From Entomortierella parvispora E1425 (taxonomy: Eukaryota; Fungi; Mortierellomycota): a stretch of DNA of 64,000 nucleotides. Of the stretch, positions 50,726 to 60,615 are shown piece by piece. The translations under genes and the position numbers were made by a program. Every line of letters starts with the position of its first letter. The stretch's first letter is position 1. Under the pieces are notes generated by a model. The model ran no database searches, had not been told where the DNA came from, and saw nothing but the letters and a program-made list of their open reading frames with translations. The stretch covers positions 1,550,001-1,614,000 of the forward strand of contig BQFW01000008.1 in assembly GCA_020891255.1 (NCBI GenBank). The letters are read 5' to 3'.

Positions 50726-53284
50726 TCATTTGGAGCCTCCGAGGTGCATGGGCGAAGCATGAAAGAGCGACTTCCACATGAAGGCCTCGGAGAGAAGGAG
50801 CTCAATGTCCTTTTCTTGCCAGTCATCCGTGGGCACATCCTGGAGGAAGAGCATGATTTCCTGAAACTCCATCCGCAACAACTCGGCTGACCACTTTGTC
50901 AAGAAGGCTGCGCACACATATAAATGAAATTCCGAGAACCCGTGCGGATGTTCGGTCTGAACGATCAAGGAAAGAGACAAGTTAGAACCGTCGACGGCCA
51001 TGAGATGAGAGTACAAAAAAATAAAAACATAAAAAAAAAGGTTAAATTTGGATGGTCAGTGGTGCTCGTGGCACAACCACACATGCACAGTTGGCTTGAT
51101 ATTCTACTCACCAAATACGTGTCCCACATGCGGATGGTGTGTTGCAGCGTCACTTCTCGCATTAACAGGCAATTCATCCATCGAAAAGAGAACTGAATGA
51201 ACTCCACATGTTCTGCCTGTAGGTGAGCTGCTAATGGGGCTATAATTAGTGGCGTGCAGTGAAAATATATTACGGTTAATATATATAGATCATACATCTT
51301 TTTCGCTTTCCTCTTCAAATAGCCATTGTTCTCTTTTCTTACCATCTATACGACATATCAATTCTCGTAGTTTAACAATTTGACGCTGGATCCCTGGCTG
51401 TGCATGTGTAAAGTTGTCTTGAATGCCGTCCAGTAGCTTTGATAGGCACCAGTAGCTGTCAGCTTCGATCGCCGCAAGAATAGAAGGTGGGAGTCGAGAA
51501 ATATCATATGATTCTGGGTCCTGATCCTCTCCAATATATGCTGTCAAGAAGACGAGGAAGAACGGAGTCACTAGGTCATTGATTCCCTGCACATAACTAC
51601 TAGCTGGATGTCGAATTGCCCAGCAGTATAGAATTCGCTCCAGACACTATCACCCAAGATAATGGAAAGCGGCACTCGATTCATTATTAGCTCTTCGTTC
51701 CCGAACCAATCAACAACACCATCTACAAGCACCCCGAGTCCCGATACTTACTCTCTGTGTAGTTTGATTTTGAAAGAGAGCCATTTTGGGATTAGTCCTA
51801 GGCACATCAATAAAAACTTGGTGCCAGATCGTCTGATCCAGTCCCTCAATGCCTCTTGCAAACGTCTGCTGAACGCCGTCCTGATATTCTTTGCGCTTCC
51901 GCTCTAGAGCCACATTACGTCGATCAGAATTGCTGGGAAGATAACCGACCAAGAGCTGCCAGACAATTGGACGAATGGCGGTTGGTACTCCAGACCATGA
52001 CAACTTGCGAAGGACATCGAGATCCACCACGGATAACTGAAGCAGCTCCTTGAATTTGTGAAACCGCGCCTTCTGTTTTGTGCGCTGGAGAGCATATACT
52101 TCGTCCGATTTGAGCTCTGTTCCGACCAAGTGAAGGTCACCCATGGCGGATTCATAATCTAGCCCTTTGAGAATCGCCAAAGGATCTATACAGAAATAAA
52201 TAGAACTCCGGTTGAGTGACCTGTATATAGACCATAGACTCAGTCTCGAAGAGAATGGAAAGCATGGCCGCGATACCTTGCAGGATAGCCAGTGCATTTG
52301 GCTTCATGCCTTCGATTACGCCCGAAGCTCCTCCTGTTCCTATGCTAGCTGAGGCAGACTGCTGTCCCATTGCTGATGATGAGCCATTGTTTTCACTTTG
52401 GCCTATGGTATCATTGTGTCCAGATCCCGAACCCTTGGTTGCGGACGAAGATTCCGAAAGCTTCTGCGCGATGCCTGCGAACGTTGCCTTTGGATTGATG
52501 GGTGAAGTTGACGGGGAGATTTCTTGTTCTGAATCGTCCTTAGTGTCCGCCTCTGGCAAGGTCTGGTATCCTGACAACTCTGGGTCATTGTCGTATTCCG
52601 AATCGTCGGCGATGGTGGCATGGTGGTCATTTGCCCACGAAGCAGGGTCCATTTGCAGGGCTCTAAATAAGAAATACAAAATCAGTGGGCGCAAATTGAC
52701 CAAGGAAACAAATTAACACGCCCATCAAGCTCAGGGAGGCGCTCTGCTCAGCTGGACGCCAACGATCTTCCTCTTCTGGCCCCATGGTGGCGGCAGCGGG
52801 CATTCGATTGTGCAGTCGTGGCTGACGCGCCAAAGCAAAGAGCTACAGCTACTGGAGTCGTTGGATAGTGCGGAGGGAAGGCTGAGATCCTCTCTTTTCG
52901 TATTACCTGAGTCGCTCGACTTCATGGACGGTGGTGGTGTGAGAGTACTGGGCACCAAAAACCATGTTCCCAGTAACACCCATCCTGCCAGGCACAGGCT
53001 TGACTCTGTTGAATAGACAAAAGTAGCGGGTCAAGGAAAAAAAGGTTATTTCGACTCCTTTAGCCCCATCGAGTTCTCATCGCCTCATCCTGCATAGCTG
53101 CACTTACGATCCTGGCAGTTTGGTCGTGTGGCGCTTCCAGAATCCAACCTTGGCGCTACAAATGATAACGGTCAATGTAAAGCAGAGTTAAAGAATTGAG
53201 TCGGGAATAAGCTAATACGCGTGTGTCGAGGTTGGTCAAGAAGAATGAGGTGCACGCGCACCTTGGGGCAGCCGAGAAGTCCAT
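50726..53284 (-). CDS. GYP1: TBC-domain Rab GAP Gyp1 / TBC1D22 type, multi-exon
   Basis: Small 5' exons splice in frame to MDFSAAPSAKVGFWKRHTTKLPGS..MVFGAQY. The TBC motifs are LRKLSWSGVPTAIRPIVWQLL, QVFIDVPRT, QGINDLVTPF, EADSYWCL, FIQFSFRWMNCLLMRE, RMWDTYL and HLYVCAAFL. Confidence 0.95.
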
Positions 53285-53644
53285 GCTTAAAGGTGGGTGG
53301 TCCGTGAAGTCGCGTAAGGAGGCGTGTAAGGGTGGGGTAGACGAGAAGACAGCTGCGAAGGGAAAGGTGGGAGTGGGGCTCGGTTCGCGGGGAGAGACGG
53401 CGTCGGGCGGGGCGAAGAAGAGCAGAGGGCGGAGATGAGCGAAGAGGGATGGATGAGGATGACTATGCATCGGCCGCATGCAAGGAACTGCACGTGACTG
53501 ATACGCCATCGTCCATCAATGGACGACATGCATGTCTTTATCCTCTTTTCCTTCCTTTGAAACTAATACTGCAACACACGCATACGCAGGACAGGATCCA
53601 CTAATACGCCGACTAGTTTACTCGCAACAGACAAACCATTCACC
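53285..53644. promoter_or_regulatory. Short divergent promoter between GYP1 and SEC20
   Basis: Head-to-head ATGs lie 360 bp apart. Confidence 0.55.
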
Positions 53645-55016
53645 ATGCCCCCTGGAAGCGCACCGCCGACACTACCACAGCCCATTCAGCATCAGATGGA
53701 TGCCCTTCGGAAACAGTATCATGCTCTTGATGCACTTATCAATCGTCTAAAATCTCTCTCGGGAGCAACCCTCACTGTACAACAGGAGCTCGCCCGGCAT
53801 GCACGAGAGGAGTCGAAGGCTATCGAATCCAAGATCGAAGTAGGTGCCAGCCGAGTGGCGTTTTTGAAGCTTTTATTTCTGAACCATGTTCTGACACCGC
53901 CTTTTTCTTTAAAAAAAACTCGCATTGCCGCCGTTCTTGCACCCTATCTAGGACCTCAGGATCCTCGCAGACGAGCAGGACAAGGAATCCGATAGGGCAT
54001 TAACTTTGACTATGCTCGGAAAGATCGAAGACCAATTCAAGCAGTATGTGTTCTTGCCAAGTGGCACAAGCACCGTCTTATATAAGACCCCTTGATCATC
54101 TTTAACGCGTTTTCTGTCTTTACTTCACCCTCCATAGACAGCAACGGGCCTTGCGACAGGCAATCCTTAGCTCTAAGCAAGCCATTGATCGGGAAGCCAA
54201 GTCGGAACGGGAACTACTCTTGAAGGGATCAAAGTCGGCTATCGAACTGAGTGAGATTCGGAGACGTGGAAATACCAAGGGGAACTCGAGTGAATATATG
54301 TTAAACACAAGCAAGGAGCACAACGAAAGTCTTGGAAGGACCCTGAAGTTGATGCAGCAAGAAGTAGAGCGGACAGCGCACTCGGCAACAGTTATTGGTA
54401 AGCGCGTGCTTTATTTTTATTTGATATTTTGATCTTGGTCTACTTTATTTGATGAACTGCAGAATCAGTTAGCACTTTGGATGTAGTCCTCTCCAGTTTC
54501 AGATGATATGTGTCCGCCTATTTTTTTCTGATGTATCTGTTCTTCAACGATCTAGACGAGTCGTCCAAGACCCTTCGAGAGACCGTTGGACAATATCAGA
54601 CCTATGATGAAGTACTCAAACGTGGTAAAAACTTGATCACGAAACTCAACCAGGCGGACTGGACCGACCGACTCTTGATAGGGTTTGGTTTACTTGTTTT
54701 TTCGCTGGTGGTGATGTACATTCTGAAGAAACGGATTGCAGACCGAGGCATCTCACTGGTTGGGTACCTCTTCATGCCTCTCCGCTGGCTCCTCTCCCTC
54801 CTGATACCTTCTTTGCGATCGGCTCCCGGCCCATTGATTCCGTCAGAAAAAATAACAGAAAAGCTGGTAGAAACTGCACCCCTTCTGACCGAGGTTGTGT
54901 CGAACCAAGTCAAAGGATCATTGGCGGACGAGATGGTCGCAGCGGCAACTAGTGTAGCACCGACAACTGCGGCACAGGGCTTTCTTGGGTTTTTGGATGC
55001 AGTCGTCGGAGAATAA
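53645..55016 (+). CDS. SEC20: ER SNARE Sec20 (BNIP1-like), multi-exon
   Basis: N-terminal helical exons (DLRILADEQDKE), then the SNARE-like motif ESLGRTLKLMQQEVERTAHSATVI/DESSKTLRETVGQY..KRGKNLITKLNQADWTDRLLIGFG and the TM segment LLVFSLVVMYILKKR. Confidence 0.9.
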
Positions 55017-55299
55017 AGAGGTGGTCTTTTTTTTTTTTTTTTTTTTTTGAGGCTGGACCCCAGCCAGTGGTGTGGGTGCGGACGACGATCTTCCGGATCC
55101 AAGCTATTATAGTCAGACTCCCTTGGGAAAAAAACTGCAGTAGCGCCTAAAAATCCTCTTGAGATCGTCTTTGGAAGAACAAGTGTGGAGAAGAGTCTGT
55201 CTAATAACAGGTAAAGTATGAACGTCTTATAACGCAATTGTTAGCAATTACTATCCTTCACAGCCATTGTTTGATGCGATCGATCAGATTAGTGAAATC

Positions 55300-57600
55300 C
55301 TGACCTCCGAATCATTCACGGACGCACCGGAGTAGGATTAATTCAGTCGGTAATGTTTGGGCACTGTGTTGCTCGTGACGAGTCGCGCGTCTCCTTCTCT
55401 GTGCCAAACCATCAATAATCTGGACACACCACTTATTGTGATTTCCAGGGTTACCAATTCTTGTACGTGGTTTGCGATCTGTTGTAAAGATGTTCACAGC
55501 CTGCGTTTCTTAAAAAAAAAAAAAAAAAAAAAAAAAGACTGCGAGAAAGACGAGAGACTACAGATGAAACAACAGGTCAGGATCTCACTATTGGATGGTA
55601 TCCTAGTACAAGAGGTTTCTGAGCGACAACTTGGTGACGAACGGAGCGCTGCCTGCTGGTTGAGGTCGTCAGTCTGGGAGATGTTGTCGAGACCAATCAA
55701 GTTGTCCTCATCAGTTGTCTTTGTCGTTTGCAATCTATCATCTGTTGAGACACGCCAGATTGTGAGCTTGTTTGAGCTAGAACCATTGTGCCCGGGACTT
55801 CATGGAATGGTGTCCTACAGGAGATCCCTTACTGCTATCTTAGTAGCTTCAACCTTTGCAAGTGAAACCGTTCAACATAGCCTACCTGTCGATAATACAA
55901 AATATAGTCATGGTATTGTTTGCCTTGTTGCTTCCAGCACCAACGAGAGCAGCGCACTTTCGCAGTAAATTTAGGCTCCAAGGGCTTGAGGAGGCCATCC
56001 CTGTCGAGTTGACCTGGCTTGCTGTCCAACTTCAACGCCCCCTCTCTAGCGTGCTGCATCTTTTAATAACGCACGCAGTGCAGCACACCTCATATCACAT
56101 CCTCAGTTATGTTTTGGGAAACGCTCCAAGATAAACCACTTCTACCCTTCTATGTCCGCAAATCGGAAACAATAAGAAAAAAATATCTATAGTAGATAAA
56201 ATGTTAGTCAACAGTGCGCCTTGCGGGAAGTAATCACGATTGATAAAGTGTCAGTTGATCAAAGAGTCGACATCAGGGTGTTCGCCCTTCAATTGCTGTC
56301 TTGTCTCTCTCTCTCACTTCCTTCGCTTGGTTCGAATATCTTCTCGAACTAAACGACTCATTGAAACAAAGGATATGACACCGCTAAAGATCCACTCCAT
56401 GGCTGACGAAAGAGGTTGTACAGCAATGTACAGAAGTGCAACTTCACATATCAAAGTGAATTACTGAAAAATATCCTCCAATTAGTAACTCCACTGAGCT
56501 TCGAGGAGTTGCGGATCTCAGCAGGCAGTAACCAAGAAGGTTGATGGAAGAGTCGACGAGTAAGATGTGACTATGCTCTCCCACCAATTCAGGTCCACGG
56601 AGAGAAGTTGTTCCAGACCCACTTCTCTCTCCTCCAACCACCGAGAAACTTCCTCGAATTCATTTACAATACAAACCTGAATCATTTACACACGGCAGGG
56701 TATCTACTAGAGTACCAGTGAAATACAAAGCCAGTCATCAAGCACTGCTGGCCCTGATCGGCTGCTTCATTGCCAACCCTCAGGTTCCAAAGAATACGTC
56801 GTTCTTTCCCTATCTTTTTCTTGGCGGAGAAAATTACCAAACAAAGGAGAGAGTCTTAAAAGCCAGGGGAGGCCTGTGCCGAAATTCGGATCGGTCGCGC
56901 GCTGTACGCAAGGGCCTCGCTGGGATGGCTGGGATGTCTCAGCTGGCCTGAATTTGAACACTGGACGAATGGGAGTCAAGATAATTTATTAGAATAAAAA
57001 TTATTGGAGTAAATAGCCGTATCTACCTCCGATTTTCCTTTGCAGTTAGACATTGGTATCAACCGATAACTGCACATGCCAAATGAAGCTTTCCGGATAA
57101 AACATGGGTAATGGACCATCGCTTCTCTGCACCTGGATGTTGAAATAAGGGTTGGCAGAAAAGCCAGCAAATGGACAACAAAAAAAAAAGAAAGAAAAAA
57201 GAAGGGGACGGAAGAGAAGCCTTGTACCACGTCTTGTGCCCTCTCTTCCATGCACACACAAACAATCACACAGCACAAACGACTCACACACAGTGCACAC
57301 ACACCACACACAACGCACTCTGGTTAGAAGCAATCCGTGGCGCGGAAGAGAGAGAACTTGCCAGCATGGATGCAGCCATCCATGTCGGTTCTGGCACCCA
57401 GTCGTCGGACAGCTACGAGATGTGGAGAGCCCTGATGGCCAGGCCCATGCAATGAAGATCCCTCGCAGAGATGATCGTTCGGATGATCCCTCAGAACAGC
57501 AGGGCAGAAAGTCCCCACTTTTATTTGTTTGACGTTCCAGAAAGTGATCGGCTCTCTTTCTATGAGCTCCGACTTGCAGAAATGGGCAAACTGGCGACGG
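55300..57600 (-). ncRNA. Putative spliced transcript with no long ORF (lncRNA, microprotein gene or decayed gene)
   Basis: Several same-strand intron-shaped segments: 56676-56464 (GTTTGT..TACTAAT..TTTTCAG), 56317-56187 (GTGAGA..TGACTAAC..TATAG), 55885-55815 (GTAGGC..CTACTAAG..CTGTAG), plus a poly-T acceptor at 55501. The boundaries are approximate. Confidence 0.35.
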
Positions 57601-60600
57601 GTTGAGAGAGGAGTTGAAATGGAATGAAGTGTGTGAGGATGAAGAAAAATGCAACCGGTGGCTCACGTAAACAGGTCCATCCCTCATTCCGCAAGCAACA
57701 GACATCAGAAAAAAAATTATACCCAAGTAAAAAAGTCAACCGTTTTGGGCATGATTTTTTTTTCTGATGATCGAATAGTTCGGTCCTCAATCCTGCCCTA
57801 AAATGCGCCTTTCTTTTTTCCTCTTTTGGTTGACTCTTGCGTGCTCTTTTTTAATAAGACGTCCGAGTTATGAATATTCTTTGAATTTCTCTTTACATCC
57901 GATGGATGGATTCGAAACCTTGGGAGAAACAATGCATGGCTTCAACAAAGACACATCTCGAACTTGTATTTTTTTTTGTTGCTGTGGGGAGAAGGAACGT
58001 CAAAAGAAATGATGAGGTGAAATTGCAAGCTGGGAACTCTATGTGCCGCTGCCCGCAAACCGACCTTTGTGTCAAAGTTCCTTGCACCAATTGAATTTTT
58101 TGGATGGAAGGAAGCAATCGGCTTTCTTCCCAAGTTTCCTCTTGTCCTCTTTGTTTGCTCTTCCGTTTGTTTTTACGGACCGCACCTCACTCAATTGCAC
58201 GATCTGGCTCCCGCGCGACGCTCTCGCTTCTAAATAACAGCCTTTTCTTTCTCTTTTTTGGACTTCTTCCAAGAGAACACACACAGAATCGTTGCTTCTG
58301 CTCTTTCCTGGTTTCATTTTTTTTATTCCAGGTTTTTTGTGTACCACAGAAAAGCTTAAAAGCAAGATCTCTCACTTCTGGTCTCCTCGAGTCCCACGAC
58401 CTCTGCAAGCGTTCTCTCATTCAGTTGTGACCTTATCTTGCTATCACTTATGATCGGCATTTCGCCCTTTGTTTCTTTTTTTTTGGTTTTTTCTGATGTT
58501 CGAAGCCTGATCTCTTGTGAACTAGTAGCATTTGACCCACCCAAGCATTTCGGCAGGAAAGCAAGCACTGGAACAACAAAGCAACTTTGTGGGGAGAACA
58601 GCCATGTCCAAGAACCCCGCAGTCGATGCTCCCACTTTTTCTTTTATTAAAAGTGCTCTGAAAGACAGGAAGCTTTCGTTTGGGACATATTTCTCTCTCT
58701 CACTCCCTCTCATGAAATTGAAAAAAAGGTGGGGAAGGAGTTTTTTTATAATAAAAAAAATATGCCATCGGAATTCGCCCAGGAGGCTCACGCTTACTCT
58801 ACGGCCCCGAGCCATTATTGACCATGATCGAGGTGCAGTTCAGGTTGTCATCGGGGAGCTTGACTCTCCCCCCGCCAACATTCATTGCCTTTCGCTCCAG
58901 TCCGTAAGAGAATCGAATTTCTACTCTCTTTTTGTCACGCTAGTTGTGCGTCCAGCTGAGGGCCGATCTCTGACGCAAATTGAATGATTCATTCGTTCAT
59001 GATGCTCTACTTTACGCCCAAGGTCGATCACAATTTTTCCAACTGAGATCGATAGGGAGAGATCTTTGACGTGTTTTCATTTCATTATTATTATTTTTTT
59101 GTGTGCGTGTGCGTTTGTGGGGTGTGTGTGTGGTGTGTGGAACCAACCACAGCGAAGCTCCGTCTTCCTCAACCCTCCTTCTTTTCTCTCCCTGCTTCAA
59201 CTTCACGAGAGCAATATCCGAACAACAACAAAGTAGCAGACTTGAATCAATTGGATCGATTGAACAAAATATCAAAAGAACGAGATATCCTTCCTTCAGT
59301 CCGCCCTTCTGAGAGCCAAATAAAAGAAACTGGAATAAAGCATGGTACATGCCTGCTAACAATTGAGTACTTGGTGTTTTGGACGAACGAACACACATGA
59401 CGTTCAAAGAAAAAAAAAAAGATGTTTCGAACTTGCACAGTGCCCTCAGAACTCTGCCTCTTATCCTCTTTCTCTCTTTTTCCTTCTCGAGCGATCTCTG
59501 TCTGTCCGTCTGTCCGAACATGCGTGTCCCTTTTCATACGAGTTCGTGTCTGCGGAAAGAAAAAAAGGCAAAATTGCATGATGCAGACCACCCATTTTAC
59601 GTTATACAAAAGGTCAAAAAGAAAAGAAAAAAGAGTGAAGAAAGCAGAGGACAAGTTGACACCACATGATCAGATGTCAAAATATTGGCACGATCTATGT
59701 CCATCTCACCACTTGCTTGGCAGTGTGATTCATGCATGCCTTTCCAAAAGCTCGAAGTACGTAAAGAAAAGAGGTAAAAACAAAAACAACGACGACAACA
59801 ACACAAACTGTCAAGAAGGAGGGGGGCAAATCAGCGTTGGCAGCGGCAGCATTTCCTTTCATTTTCTTTTTGATTCCTGCGTGCAAACCACAAAGAGATG
59901 CTCTTGTTTTGGAAGCTGTGCTTTTTTAGTACAGATCTGGACACGCAAATGTGCATTTACCCGTGCCTGGATTCTCAGTGAGAATGAATAAATGACGGCC
60001 TACACGAGGATTGCAAGCCTTATGAGAGCAAAAGACAAACAGCACCAGCCCTTTCATTGTTGTTATTGTTGTTACATGGAAACGTCCATCAAACCCAAGA
60101 TTGAATGATCGAACGTAAGAAAAACGTTTGCTTTTGCTCAAAATACATCGTGACCTTAGCCCTGTAGCTCAAAAACCCCACATGGTGGATTGATGGATGT
60201 GGTTTTGTTTGGGTACTGTGGACTTGGTGTTGAGAGTGAGTCGCCGGGAGAGATTATTTCAGCTGAGCGTAGCACCATCATTGGTAACTCTGAACCTGCT
60301 GTTCCATCTGGAGTAACAAGCCCACTTTTCACTCGCTACCCCTATTTTGGGTATTGTCCTTCTTTATTCATTCAGATAGAGAACCAAAAAGATGTTGTAT
60401 GGGACCTGCATGCAAGCAGGAAGGTAGGTAGAGTATGTATTACTGTAAAATAAACCTGACAAAAAAAACATGAGCATTTTTCTTTTTTGAAAGCAAAGAG
60501 AAGGATCTAACCCATTCAGGAAAGCAAGACGGTGCGCGGTCCCTCTCCTCAACACCTCGTATTAAGTCTTCTGAATGAGAATTAAGAGTCTATTGTGAAC

Positions 60601-60615
60601 AGCACGCACTGTGGG

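Noticed and set aside
54602-55237. 211-aa antisense ORF over the SEC20 3' end
   Set aside because: Shadow frame that crosses a poly-T tract (KKKKKKK); no motif.
57366-57455. Small ORF MDAAIHVGSGTQSSDSYEMWRALMARPMQ resembling the arginine attenuator peptide (..WRAL..)
   Set aside because: The critical D-Y-x5-W spacing is absent and no carbamoyl-phosphate synthetase gene follows.
58995-59050. ATGATG...CTGA segment as a possible C/D snoRNA
   Set aside because: Imperfect C box, too short, no terminal stem and no identifiable target.
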